DNA of 54,406 nucleotides from a virus (taxonomy: Duplodnaviria; Caudoviricetes). The notes under the pieces were generated by a model. That model searched no databases and was not told where the DNA came from. It worked only from the letters and a program-made list of their open reading frames with translations. Shown piece by piece: positions 38,611-48,956 of the stretch (position 1 is its first letter; each line of letters opens with the position of its first letter). Made by a program: the position numbers and the translations under genes. The stretch covers positions 1 through 54,406 of IMG/VR virus record IMGVR_UViG_3300034072_001783; one strand, written 5' to 3'.

Positions 38611-38643
38611 TCCTCAATATTTATAATCAAAAATAACACAATT

Positions 38644-38859
38644 ATGGGACTATTAGACAAATTAAATATAGACGGTTCAAATCTAAGTGAATTTGACGGA
38701 GCTACTCCTCCACAAATGACTAGTGCTAGCCCACAGTCAAATGTTCATTATGAATATTCATTAAATGGTATTCCAAACTTAAATGGTTACCCATTCCCAT
38801 CTACTCTAGATCTAGATGGAATAACTCCACCAAAATACTTAGATAACCCTCCAACCTAA
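38644..38859 (+). CDS. Small hypothetical baseplate-region protein
   Basis: Own TATTTATA at 38618; 71 aa. Confidence 0.65.
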   Translation: MGLLDKLNIDGSNLSEFDGATPPQMTSASPQSNVHYEYSLNGIPNLNGYPFPSTLDLDGITPPKYLDNPPT

Positions 38860-38866
38860 TAATTAA

Positions 38867-40897
38867 ATGGGGCTTATTGACTTACAAACTGATCTTAAAT
38901 CTCTTAAGTTTGGTAAAGATAGGTTTGGTGGTGGTGATAGTGGACAACCTTACATTAAAAATCCAATCATTGATGAACCTGGAAGACTAACTCAAGCAGA
39001 CAATGATTTCCTATTAAGGGGAGGGATACGTGCTCCTCTAAATGCTGCTGAAGATGTTGCTAGGTTAACCAAATATATGTTTAGCACTAAATCACCTAGT
39101 GGTTTATTATTTATAGCTAAACAAAATCTTTTATCAAGAGTAGCCCCAAAAACTGAAGCTTCAAAAGGTATTGGATATGGTGGTGGTGGTTTAAATGCTG
39201 GTGTTTATACACCCTTATCTACTTTAGCTCAAGTTGGAATAGGATTTACTGGAATACATCTTAACAAACAAGGTATAGATCCAACTGGACTTATCCCAGG
39301 ACTAGGAATTAACAAGTATGAGGATATAATTAAGTCTCAAGATGAAAATCGTTTAGTTACCCTCACTAGTTTAATTGAAGAAGGATTTTCTGAAAATAAT
39401 TTTAATTTTACTAAAGGATATTCTTTAAATAAAGGAAATTCTGTAGTAGAATATGGTGGTGGACCCGGATCTATTTTAGGAATTGGCAAAACCAGAATAC
39501 AATTTGCTGATCAAAGAACAGGGAATCAAAATGTAGAATTAAGAAATAGTGGTTTTTTTACTCCCCTAAAAGATAAAGGCTATAATGATTATTCTATTTT
39601 TAAAAATCCTAGACCTTTAACATATCAAAGTGCTAAAATATTTCATAAAGGGGTAAGTGAATTATATAAAAGATTAACCAACTATGATCTAATAGGAGAT
39701 AATTTTACCACAACTAATGATTCTTCTCTTCTATATAATTTCCAGACAAGTGTATATACCCCCTTTAGTGCAGGTACTTTTCCTGAAAATACTCCTCTAA
39801 TTGGGAAAGGTTCTTGGTCCCAACAAGATTTTATAAATCAACCTAAAAGTGTTGATAATGAAATTTTAGAAGATTTTAGAACTAAATTAGACCCAACATC
39901 TTCTCCTCAAAGCACCTTTTTAAGCCTATCTCCTAATTACAAAAGAGGAGAGGGAAAAAATATTGAAGAAAGAGTCCATTTAGGTAATCCTGGAGAAAAA
40001 GGAGATATATCTAACTATGCCCTAGGAAAAAGAAATCCTATAACCAAAACCCAACTAGGCCCTACAGATACTATAAATGCTCTTCCTATATATAAATCTT
40101 CTAATGTGACCCATAAATGGTCCCTTAAAAATGATTTAGTTAAGTTTAGAATAGCTATTATTGATGTTGAAGACCCCTCTCAAAAATATTTTATACATTT
40201 TAGATCATTTATCGATAAGTTTTCTGAAGGGTATAAGGCTAAGTGGAAAGGACAGAATTATATGGGTAGAGCTGAAGAGTTTTATAAATATGAAGGATTT
40301 AGTAGAGACGTTTCTATTGATTTTACTATAGTAGCTCAATCTAAAGAAGAATTAATTCCTATGTATAAAAAATTAAATTTCCTTGCCTCCTCCTTAGCTC
40401 CTAAGTATACTCGTCCTGGATATATGGCTGGAAATATTGCTCAATTAACTGTAGGAGGATATCTTTTTGAACAACCTGGTATAATCGAAAGTATATCTTA
40501 TGATATTCCTGAAGAATCTTCTTGGGAAATAGGTATCCCTCTCCAAACTCCTGATGGAACTAAATTTGAAGATTCTTCTGTTAAAGAATTACCACATATG
40601 ATTAAAGTTTCTATTTCCTTTACTCCAATTCATAAATTTAGACCTGAACTTATGAGTTTAGGATCTACCCCTAATAATGGAAGTAGTTTGACTAAAGAAG
40701 ATATACTTAATGATCAAAATGTTTATGGAAATCAAAGATTTATATCATTAGCAGATGGGCTAGATAAGAAGACTAACAACTATGATACCAATGAATATGT
40801 AACCTCCCCTGCTTCCCCACCTCCTCCTCCACCCAATCCTGACACTCTACCCACACTAACCTCAGAAGACTTAGGAATAAATGATAATATTAGTTAA
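38867..40897 (+). CDS. Baseplate/tail-tube initiator protein (gp48/54-like C-terminal domain)
   Basis: FRSFI..FSE...W....YMGRAE.FY.Y.GFSR, P..I.VS.SF tube-fold pattern. Confidence 0.6.
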   Translation: MGLIDLQTDLKSLKFGKDRFGGGDSGQPYIKNPIIDEPGRLTQADNDFLLRGGIRAPLNAAEDVARLTKYMFSTKSPSGLLFIAKQNLLSRVAPKTEASKGIGYGGGGLNAGVYTPLSTLAQVGIGFTGIHLNKQGIDPTGLIPGLGINKYEDIIKSQDENRLVTLTSLIEEGFSENNFNFTKGYSLNKGNSVVEYGGGPGSILGIGKTRIQFADQRTGNQNVELRNSGFFTPLKDKGYNDYSIFKNPRPLTYQSAKIFHKGVSELYKRLTNYDLIGDNFTTTNDSSLLYNFQTSVYTPFSAGTFPENTPLIGKGSWSQQDFINQPKSVDNEILEDFRTKLDPTSSPQSTFLSLSPNYKRGEGKNIEERVHLGNPGEKGDISNYALGKRNPITKTQLGPTDTINALPIYKSSNVTHKWSLKNDLVKFRIAIIDVEDPSQKYFIHFRSFIDKFSEGYKAKWKGQNYMGRAEEFYKYEGFSRDVSIDFTIVAQSKEELIPMYKKLNFLASSLAPKYTRPGYMAGNIAQLTVGGYLFEQPGIIESISYDIPEESSWEIGIPLQTPDGTKFEDSSVKELPHMIKVSISFTPIHKFRPELMSLGSTPNNGSSLTKEDILNDQNVYGNQRFISLADGLDKKTNNYDTNEYVTSPASPPPPPPNPDTLPTLTSEDLGINDNIS

Positions 40898-40905
40898 TCT
40901 AATTT

Positions 40906-41235
40906 ATGAATAGATATAATAACATACCAACAAAGTTAGGGTCTAATCCAAACACAACACAGCAAGATAACATATCTAGATATGTTACAACTAAGTACCC
41001 TAATATTCCTGTTTCTTTTCAAGATATATATGTTTATACCGGAATAGGAGATAGATATGATTTGTTAGCTCAAGTTTATTATAATGATTCTTCTTTATGG
41101 TGGGTTATATCTAGGGCAAATTATAATTTGTCCAAGGATTCTATTATTCCTCCTATAGGTTCTCAAATAAGAATTCCTAATCCTAATAGAATACAAAGTA
41201 TCATAAGCAATTATGAGTCTTTAAATTTAATATAA
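40906..41235 (+). CDS. Baseplate wedge LysM-like protein (gp53-like)
   Basis: GDRYDLLAQVYYNDSSLWWVISRAN...G.QIRIP. Confidence 0.8.
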   Translation: MNRYNNIPTKLGSNPNTTQQDNISRYVTTKYPNIPVSFQDIYVYTGIGDRYDLLAQVYYNDSSLWWVISRANYNLSKDSIIPPIGSQIRIPNPNRIQSIISNYESLNLI

Positions 41236-41239
41236 AGTT

Positions 41240-44200
41240 ATGGCAAATATAGTAGGTGAAGAAATTCCAAAATACACCACAGATCAAATTAGAGTTAGAC
41301 AAAATCTTCATGGTAAGGGATCTCCCTTAAGTGGGTTAAGAAATGCAAGTGAAATATCCCTTTTAAATTCTAATACTTCTTGGGTAAAATTAGCATCAGG
41401 AGTTTCAGTAACTCAAGATAAATTAAAATCACTTAATTTAAATTCATCTGAATATGTAGGAATGGGATTAGCTAAATCTCATGTGCTCTTTGGAGGAGTC
41501 TCTACTCTTTCTGGAGCTTCTACTAACCAATGGCTTTACCCTAAACAATTCAATACTGGCCTTTCGGGTTATTCTCATAGCACAGATTTTGGAATAGTTC
41601 CAATGCCCGGTATAATTGATGTATCTATTAAAACCCTTAATAGGGGCTCCATTAAAAAAGCCTCAGTCAAACTCAAAGCATATAGTAGAGAACAGTTTGA
41701 AATCCTTGATGTTTTATATCTTAGACTAGGATTTACAGTATTGTTAGAATGGGGGAATGTTAATTATTTAGATAATGATGGAGTAAATTATAGAACTGTA
41801 GGAGGTACCCTTATTGAAGATAGCAAGCGTTTTTTTAATCCTGCTTTTACTGAAAATAAATCATATCTAGACCTTTTAGGCCCTATAGAATATTATCGAA
41901 AAAAATATCAAGGTAATTACGATGGATTCTTAGGAAAAATATCCAATTTTAGTTGGAGTTTTAATGAAGATGGGTCATACGATATAAGTTTAGAAATTAT
42001 AAGTTTAGGAGATGTTATAGAATCTCTTAAGTCTAATGTTTCAATAGATTCAAAGTTAAATACCTATATTGAACAGTTTAGGACTGATGAGAACTCAATT
42101 CCTGAAGGTGAGCCTTCTGAGAATTCTTTTTTAACTCCTTATGAAAATAATAACATAATAACTTCTATGTTATGGTTATGGAAATTTCTTAACAGAGATA
42201 ATAGTGGAGAAACAAATAATGGAGTTTCAATTACCACAGGAAATGGAGTTAGAGGTTTTATAGGAAGAATTTTAGACTTAACTAATACCGAATTACAAGT
42301 ATATAAAATATTATTAGTTGAAAAAGGAAATAATAGTAATATTATTTTTGAATTCCCTGAGCGCCCCTACATTAGTGATGATGAAATACAAAAGAATGTA
42401 GACCAAATAAGAGCCTATTTAATTAATAAAAATCTACAAGACGCCTTAAATGATTCATACACTATCATAGATTATGTATTTAGAGTAGCAGATGAAGAAG
42501 AAATTGATATAGTTTATGAGAGATATACTGCCCTTGAAGTAGATACTCTTTTTACTTCAACTAATCTTCCCCCAATCCCTGTTATTAGGTTAAACACTCC
42601 TGAAAAGGATCATTATATAAGATTTGAATATCTCCTTCAATATATTAAAGAAAAAGTTTTACCTAATGTTAAAACTAATGGTGCTTCAAATCCCCCAATA
42701 TTTAACATAGAATATGGAAGATATTCTAATAAAATGTATTCTCTTCCAAATCAAATTTCTTTAGATCCTCGAGTATGTTTGGTAAGAAATGATAAATTCT
42801 TCAAATCTGGATCTCCTGATATACCCGCTAAGGTCCTCTCTGAATTAATTCCTTTTAGGGCAGTAGATTATAATTCAAATGCATCTCCTAATACTGCATA
42901 TCCAATGAATATATATTTAAACTTTAACTTTGTAGTTGATAGTTTGAATTCAAATACTGATGAAAGAGGAGATGTAGGATTATTTGGGTTCCTTTCATCT
43001 ATATGTGATGGGCTAAATAAAGCCCTAGGTGGAATAAACAACCTTGAACCCATAATTGATGAATCATCCAACACATTAAAAATTATTGATTCAACTCCAA
43101 TCCCAGGACTGACTAAAGATAAAGGAAATTATACTTTAGAAGTTTTTGGATATAATGAAAAACAATCAAATTTTATTCGTAAAATAGATCTTCAAACTGC
43201 TATTACTCCTGAATATGCTACAATGGTAACTGTAGGAGCTACAGCAGGAGGATATGTTAAAGGAGTTGAAGCTACTGCTTTTTCTAATTGGAATAAAGGG
43301 TTAATAGATAGGTTTAAAACTGAGTTTACTACTGCAAATACTAAAGAAGAAGAAGGAGAAGTTGTAGATGAAGCTGAAAAAAATTACGTAGAACAATTTT
43401 TAAGTAAATTTATAAACTGTTATGGATTTGCAGCCCCAAATGGTTGGAGCAATGGAAGAGTCCAAATAAAGTTTGTTGGTGATATAATAGGAAGTAATCT
43501 TTCAGTTGGAACAGAGTATTTTAAATATCTTCAAAATAAAAATAAAGCAGGTGGGGCAATAGGTTTTATCCCATTTAAATTTAGTTTTGTTATGGATGGG
43601 TTAGCTGGATTTAAAATCTATAATAAACTACATATTTCAACTAGGTTTCTTCCTAGAAACTATGGAGATACTTTAGACTTTATAATAACAGGTATAACTC
43701 ACGATTTAAAAGATAATAATTGGGAAACCTCAATTCAAACTCAAGTAATCCCTAAAACAACAGAAATTAGTGATCTAGAGATAAGCGAAGAATACATTAA
43801 ACAAACTATTGCAGATGTGAATAGCAGTGGTGGTGTTGGTGCTCAAGTTTCAAGTTGTAGGGAACTCCCATCTTCACCTAGAAGTGTTCCCAAAAACAAA
43901 ATTAATTCCACTTCTACTGAAATAGATGCTATTAATTATATAATTGATTATCTTGAAGGAGGTTATTATCACCCAACCCAAGCCTTTGACCCTATCACTA
44001 AAATAATCTCCCCAGGATTTAGTGTTATGGCTAATAGTGGAGAAACTATATATGGTTTAGACAGAGTAGCTGGAGGATGGATGAATTACCCTGAGGGGAG
44101 AAAATTTTGGGATACAATTGATAAAATTTCAGGAAATGGTGTTTTTGGGGGTGTAAATGGACGCAATTCTACAAAAAGAACAAAAGATTTTGGGTATGCT

Positions 44201-44578
44201 CCATTACAACCAAAGTCTTGGGGTTATAATGCCTTTCCTGGTAAGAAAGGTATCCCCCCATCCCCACAACTTCGCATAGATGCTTCAAAAATGATTAAAG
44301 AAAGATATGATGCATATTTTAATTCATATTTTGGAACCCACCCTTCTGGGGCTCTAATTAAAAGTGATGGGAGAGGTATATTTATGTTCTATCGAGCAGT
44401 ATGGAATGGAAGTGGGTTTTTCCAAAAATATGCTAATAATGTTAAATCTAAATATGATAGTGGAGTAACAAATATTGAAGATTTAATATGTGAAGATTTA
44501 ACATTTAGATATAACACTAAATCTTCTTCATTTAAAAAAGGTGTTCTCTATTTAAGAGATGCTATGGTAGGATTTTAA
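41240..44578 (+). CDS. Baseplate hub protein with C-terminal lysozyme-like (GH108-like) domain
   Basis: PMPGI, LYLRLGFTVLLEWG, YDGFLG.I.NF.W hub motifs; C-terminal LEGGY...GETIYGL. Confidence 0.7.
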   Translation: MANIVGEEIPKYTTDQIRVRQNLHGKGSPLSGLRNASEISLLNSNTSWVKLASGVSVTQDKLKSLNLNSSEYVGMGLAKSHVLFGGVSTLSGASTNQWLYPKQFNTGLSGYSHSTDFGIVPMPGIIDVSIKTLNRGSIKKASVKLKAYSREQFEILDVLYLRLGFTVLLEWGNVNYLDNDGVNYRTVGGTLIEDSKRFFNPAFTENKSYLDLLGPIEYYRKKYQGNYDGFLGKISNFSWSFNEDGSYDISLEIISLGDVIESLKSNVSIDSKLNTYIEQFRTDENSIPEGEPSENSFLTPYENNNIITSMLWLWKFLNRDNSGETNNGVSITTGNGVRGFIGRILDLTNTELQVYKILLVEKGNNSNIIFEFPERPYISDDEIQKNVDQIRAYLINKNLQDALNDSYTIIDYVFRVADEEEIDIVYERYTALEVDTLFTSTNLPPIPVIRLNTPEKDHYIRFEYLLQYIKEKVLPNVKTNGASNPPIFNIEYGRYSNKMYSLPNQISLDPRVCLVRNDKFFKSGSPDIPAKVLSELIPFRAVDYNSNASPNTAYPMNIYLNFNFVVDSLNSNTDERGDVGLFGFLSSICDGLNKALGGINNLEPIIDESSNTLKIIDSTPIPGLTKDKGNYTLEVFGYNEKQSNFIRKIDLQTAITPEYATMVTVGATAGGYVKGVEATAFSNWNKGLIDRFKTEFTTANTKEEEGEVVDEAEKNYVEQFLSKFINCYGFAAPNGWSNGRVQIKFVGDIIGSNLSVGTEYFKYLQNKNKAGGAIGFIPFKFSFVMDGLAGFKIYNKLHISTRFLPRNYGDTLDFIITGITHDLKDNNWETSIQTQVIPKTTEISDLEISEEYIKQTIADVNSSGGVGAQVSSCRELPSSPRSVPKNKINSTSTEIDAINYIIDYLEGGYYHPTQAFDPITKIISPGFSVMANSGETIYGLDRVAGGWMNYPEGRKFWDTIDKISGNGVFGGVNGRNSTKRTKDFGYAPLQPKSWGYNAFPGKKGIPPSPQLRIDASKMIKERYDAYFNSYFGTHPSGALIKSDGRGIFMFYRAVWNGSGFFQKYANNVKSKYDSGVTNIEDLICEDLTFRYNTKSSSFKKGVLYLRDAMVGF

Positions 44579-44593
44579 ACTAGAATTTAAAAA

Positions 44594-45196
44594 ATGTATT
44601 ACCCAAAATCTCAAATAAAAACCAATTTATATACTAGTGGAGGTGAATATATTCTTTCTACTACCCAAGAAGAATACATAGGATTCTTACACCATCTATC
44701 TAATGGTAAGTTTTATACTGGGAAATCCCCAAACGATCCCCCTACTTTATTACTTCAACCAATAACAACCAACCTTATTATTTATAATGGAGAACAAGAA
44801 AATTTCCTTCCTAATGAAATTCAACCACTACCCTTAGTAGATTCTAAATTTTTCAATATCCCCAACACACGCAAACTCCCCTCCCCCATCCAACCCCTCC
44901 CAACCCAACAAGATAAAGATCTAGGAGTATTCCCAAGATATTTCTGTAAGAAAAATAATGAAAACATCTATATTGAAATAGATAAAGAACAATTTACTAA
45001 ACTACAAAGTAAAGATAAAACAATTGCATGGGACTTATACACCCCAAAACAAGTACTATGGCAAATAAAAGGAGATAAAACTCAAACCTACAATGCCAAT
45101 AAAAACAATATTTCTTTAATAGAACAAAGAGATAAATGGTATGGTTTTACACAATACTTTAAAGATAGATTTTTAAAATATTATTTGGAATCTTAA
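44594..45196 (+). CDS. Hypothetical baseplate-associated protein
   Basis: 200 aa, MYYPKSQI..NLYT.G, RYFCKK; last gene of the tail block. Confidence 0.65.
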   Translation: MYYPKSQIKTNLYTSGGEYILSTTQEEYIGFLHHLSNGKFYTGKSPNDPPTLLLQPITTNLIIYNGEQENFLPNEIQPLPLVDSKFFNIPNTRKLPSPIQPLPTQQDKDLGVFPRYFCKKNNENIYIEIDKEQFTKLQSKDKTIAWDLYTPKQVLWQIKGDKTQTYNANKNNISLIEQRDKWYGFTQYFKDRFLKYYLES

Positions 45197-45213
45197 AAGA
45201 TATATCTTATATT
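45185..45213 (+). promoter_or_regulatory. Putative early/middle promoter TTGG-N19-TATATT
   Basis: Exact spacing match to 6183 and 46947; at the structural/replication boundary. Confidence 0.6.
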
Positions 45214-45220
45214 ATGAGGT

Positions 45221-46468
45221 ATGTTTTGGATTATAGAAACGGAATCTCAATTAGATATATTTAATCGTCAAGGGTTTAAAGAAGCCTTCGTTGAGGTTAT
45301 CCCATTTTCTTCAAACATACACCCTACCCAAAACCCCGTATCATTAGTTTACGTTAAACCACTCATAAATGCGAGTAAAGGGTATATGTTGTGCATTCAA
45401 CACAATGACACGTTTCCACTAGAATATAGCAAAATACAACAAGTACTAGCAAATATTGAAACAATATATGTTAGAGATAAGAAAGAATTCTTACATTATT
45501 TTTTTCATAAATCTTGCCACACTACACCACCCCCTCCCCCTCCGTATATACATGAATATACAAAAACACATGAGTTTTACTATAGGAAATACCCAAACCA
45601 AGATAACATCAATTGTATTATCCCTATTTCAAAACACTATGAATATTGTGAGGCGTTATTTAAAAGTATAACTCCTCAACCCCTATCTAAATTTAGAGAT
45701 AAAGCAGACCTAGTGTTTCACCTTATAGAAAAATCCGGATTAAAATTAAACCAAGAAATATACAATAAATATTTTACCTTCCCTTCTCAGGATTATATTT
45801 ATACTCAATATAATTTAAACACAACAACAATGCGCCCTTCAAACAAATTTGGAGGTATAAACTTTGCGGCATTGAATAAAGATAATGGAGAAAGGGAAGC
45901 ATTCATACCCCACAACGATTTCTTTTTGGACTTGGACATTAGTGCATACCATCCTACTTTATTGGGTAAGTTGGTGGGTTTTGAATTTCCTGAAGGAGAT
46001 ATCCATCAAGCATTTGCTGAAATGTACGGGGTGGATTACAAAAAGGCAAAAGAATTAACATTTAAACAGTTATATGGTGGAGTGTTTAAGCAGTATGAGC
46101 ATCTAGAGTTTTTTAAGAAAGTTAAGAAATATACGGATAAGCTTTGGGATGAGTTTAATAACCAAGGATATATAGAGTGTCCTATATCAAAACATAGATT
46201 TGAGAAGGATAAGCTGGAAAATATGAACCCACAAAAACTTTTAAATTACTTACTTCAAAACTTGGAGACCTCAAATAATGTTATTATTTTATGGGAAATA
46301 TTAAAACTTTTGCAAGGAAAGAATACTAAACTAGTATTATATGTGTATGATTCTTTTTTATTAGACGTAGATAAAACCGAAAAAGACACAGTAAAACAAA
46401 TATTAAATATATTTAAAAACCACAGATTAAACATTAAATTTAAAAAAGGGAACACCTATAATCTTTAA
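45221..46468 (+). CDS. polA: Minimal family A DNA polymerase-like protein
   Basis: T.T.RPSN, motif A DLDISAYHP, motif B KELTFKQLYGG, NY.LQ, motif C YVYDSFL. Confidence 0.75.
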   Translation: MFWIIETESQLDIFNRQGFKEAFVEVIPFSSNIHPTQNPVSLVYVKPLINASKGYMLCIQHNDTFPLEYSKIQQVLANIETIYVRDKKEFLHYFFHKSCHTTPPPPPPYIHEYTKTHEFYYRKYPNQDNINCIIPISKHYEYCEALFKSITPQPLSKFRDKADLVFHLIEKSGLKLNQEIYNKYFTFPSQDYIYTQYNLNTTTMRPSNKFGGINFAALNKDNGEREAFIPHNDFFLDLDISAYHPTLLGKLVGFEFPEGDIHQAFAEMYGVDYKKAKELTFKQLYGGVFKQYEHLEFFKKVKKYTDKLWDEFNNQGYIECPISKHRFEKDKLENMNPQKLLNYLLQNLETSNNVIILWEILKLLQGKNTKLVLYVYDSFLLDVDKTEKDTVKQILNIFKNHRLNIKFKKGNTYNL

Positions 46469-46477
46469 AAACCAGTT

Positions 46478-46939
46478 ATGAACCAAATTTTAGACCAAAC
46501 TGAATATATGTATTATCAGTATGACTTTGATACACCTGATAACATAAATTCAATGAATAATAGATTATTTTGCACTTTTACTCAGTTAGAGGACATGGAT
46601 ACACTTATTTCCGAAGTTTCTTCTAAATATGATATATTGTACAATAAAATTTTTGCCCTACAAGTTAAAAGTAACAATGAATATGTAATTACATACAATG
46701 TTGATCAAGGTAACATTTCTTCAATCCCTGAAAATACCATATTGGTGCATAGAAAAAAAGAGACAAACACACTCTATACTATAAATGCTTTAAATACTTT
46801 AATTAAAAGTTTAAATGGTGGAGTTGTAGATACAAAATTCCCTATTTATTGGGATCACTATAAAAATTGCATTCTATTAACTCAACATAACGAGTTAAAA
46901 CAGTTAAATACCAAAATATATAAAGTGATAAATCTTTAA
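46478..46939 (+). CDS. Conserved-looking hypothetical protein (true start may be 46553, MNNRLFCTF)
   Basis: TYNV, VHRKKETNTLYTINALN. Confidence 0.7.
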   Translation: MNQILDQTEYMYYQYDFDTPDNINSMNNRLFCTFTQLEDMDTLISEVSSKYDILYNKIFALQVKSNNEYVITYNVDQGNISSIPENTILVHRKKETNTLYTINALNTLIKSLNGGVVDTKFPIYWDHYKNCILLTQHNELKQLNTKIYKVINL

Positions 46940-46946
46940 GGAGAAC

Positions 46947-46975
46947 TTGGTTTTTATAAAATAGGTTATTATATT
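46947..46975 (+). promoter_or_regulatory. Putative early/middle promoter TTGG-N19-TATATT
   Basis: Intergenic before SSB; exact spacing match. Confidence 0.6.
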
Positions 46976-47005
46976 TAGTTATACATTATAAATTAGTTTT
47001 AAATT

Positions 47006-47857
47006 ATGAATCTAGACTTAATCAAAAGTAAACTTGAGGCTTTACAACCTCAAAGTAAAAAGAAAGAGTATGAAAAAGTAGATTACTCTAAGGTTTATTG
47101 GAAACCTAAAAGTGAAGGTAAATATCAAATTCGTATTGTTCCTTCTAAATTTAACCCTGATTGGCCCTTCCAAGAAGTCCAACTTCATTATGGTTTTTCA
47201 AAATTTCCACTTTATGCACTATCTAATTGGGGTGAAAAAGATCCTATTGTAGAATTTGCTAAGGAACTTCGTAAAACTAATGAATCTAAAAATTGGAAAC
47301 TTGCAAAGCAAATTGATCCTAAAATGAGATATTTTGCTCAAGTTTTAGTTAGAGGTGAAGAAGATATGGGAGTTCGTTTGTGGGAATTTGGAAAAAACAT
47401 CTACCAACAGTTTCTAAACATTGCTGAGGATGAGGACTATGGGGATTATACTAACGTAGCTAATGGGTTTGATTTTACAGTTAATGTTGAGAAAGGAGAC
47501 ATGAATGGAAGAGATGTTTTAAAAATTGTATCCGTTTCTCCAAAACGTAAAGAATCCCCATTGAGTGAGAACGCCTCAGTGGTTGAAGGATGGTTAGAGA
47601 ACCAAAACAATATTTTGGATCTTCAAAAACCCTTTAAAAAAGATTTTGATGCTTTGAAACAAACACTCCAAAACTTCCTTAACCCTGAAGAAGAAGAAGA
47701 TGAAATTATCTCTGAGAATGCATCTGATTTTGATTCAGACCTAAAAGAAGAACCTAAGTCAAACTACTCTTTATCTACTAAAAAAGATACTAAAACATCC
47801 GTAGACAAGTTTGATGAGATGTTTGAGGATGATGAAGATGATGATTTACCTTTCTAA
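47006..47857 (+). CDS. gp32: Single-stranded DNA-binding protein (T4 gp32-like)
   Basis: WKP...IRIVP, HY, DPI, LWEFGK.IY, G.DF, acidic tail ending DDLPF. Confidence 0.85.
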   Translation: MNLDLIKSKLEALQPQSKKKEYEKVDYSKVYWKPKSEGKYQIRIVPSKFNPDWPFQEVQLHYGFSKFPLYALSNWGEKDPIVEFAKELRKTNESKNWKLAKQIDPKMRYFAQVLVRGEEDMGVRLWEFGKNIYQQFLNIAEDEDYGDYTNVANGFDFTVNVEKGDMNGRDVLKIVSVSPKRKESPLSENASVVEGWLENQNNILDLQKPFKKDFDALKQTLQNFLNPEEEEDEIISENASDFDSDLKEEPKSNYSLSTKKDTKTSVDKFDEMFEDDEDDDLPF

Positions 47858-47876
47858 TAAAAAAACAAAATAAGTT

Positions 47877-48953
47877 ATGCCAAGACCTAAAAAATCATTA
47901 GCAGAGGCCGTATCTAAAGAACTCAAATCGGGGTTTAGTATTGATAGTTTTAAAAATAAAAAAGGCCTCAACACAAACGTTAAATTTAAAGAACAAGAGT
48001 GGATACCTCTTTCAGATGCATTCTCCGAAGTTCTTTCTATTCCTGGAATTCCTTTAGGTCATATCGTTCTATTAAGGGGCCACTCAGACACAGGTAAAAC
48101 AACAGCATTGCTTGAAGCCGCTGTTTCCGCTCAAAAAAGAGGTATTCTTCCCGTTTTTATCATTACAGAAATGAAATGGTCCTGGGAGCATGCCAAAATG
48201 ATGGGGTTAGAAGTTGAAGAAGTTGTAGACGAAGAAACAGGTGAGATTCTAGATTATAAAGGTAATTTCTTATATGTTGATAGAGAAACTATCCATACTA
48301 TTGAGGATGTTGCTGCCTTTATTTTAGATATGCTAGATGAACAGAAAAAAGGTAATCTCCCAATGGACTTAATGTTTTTGTGGGACTCAATAGGATCAGT
48401 ACCATGTGAAATGTCCGTTAAGTCGAATAAAAACAATAATGAATGGAATGCAGGGGCAATGTCAACCCAATTTGGAAATAACGTAAATCAGCGTATTACC
48501 TTGTCTCGTAAGGAATCCTCACCATATACTAATTCTTTAATTTGTATCAATAAAGTATGGGCAGCTAAGCCAACAGTTCCTATGGGACAACCAAAATTGA
48601 TGAATAAAGGAGGATTTGCTATGTGGTTTGATGCAACCTTTGTTATAACCTTTGGAAATGTTGCGGATGCTGGTACTTCTAAAATTAAAGCTATTAAAGA
48701 TAGTAAACAAGTTGAATTTGCTAAACGTACTAACATTCAAATTGATAAAAACCACATTAACGGAGTTCAAACACGAGGAAGAATTATTATGACACCTCAT
48801 GGGTTTATTGAAGATTCTGAAAAGGCTTTAAAGCACTACAAAGACACTCATGTTGAGGAATGGAAAGCAATTTTAGGAGGAGAAAATTTCAACATCATTG
48901 AAGAAGAAACCTCAGAAGTGAATGTTGAGATGTTCACAAACGAACCCGAATAA
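47877..48953 (+). CDS. uvsX: RecA/UvsX-family recombinase
   Basis: GIPLG..V.L.GHSDTGKTT Walker A, WDSIG Walker B, INK, GG.A. Confidence 0.85.
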   Translation: MPRPKKSLAEAVSKELKSGFSIDSFKNKKGLNTNVKFKEQEWIPLSDAFSEVLSIPGIPLGHIVLLRGHSDTGKTTALLEAAVSAQKRGILPVFIITEMKWSWEHAKMMGLEVEEVVDEETGEILDYKGNFLYVDRETIHTIEDVAAFILDMLDEQKKGNLPMDLMFLWDSIGSVPCEMSVKSNKNNNEWNAGAMSTQFGNNVNQRITLSRKESSPYTNSLICINKVWAAKPTVPMGQPKLMNKGGFAMWFDATFVITFGNVADAGTSKIKAIKDSKQVEFAKRTNIQIDKNHINGVQTRGRIIMTPHGFIEDSEKALKHYKDTHVEEWKAILGGENFNIIEEETSEVNVEMFTNEPE

Positions 48954-48956
48954 AAA

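Noticed and set aside
45456-45671. Alternative-frame plus-strand ORFs 45456-45671 and 53770-53973
   Set aside because: Nested inside polA and nrdA, with no motif or start signal.
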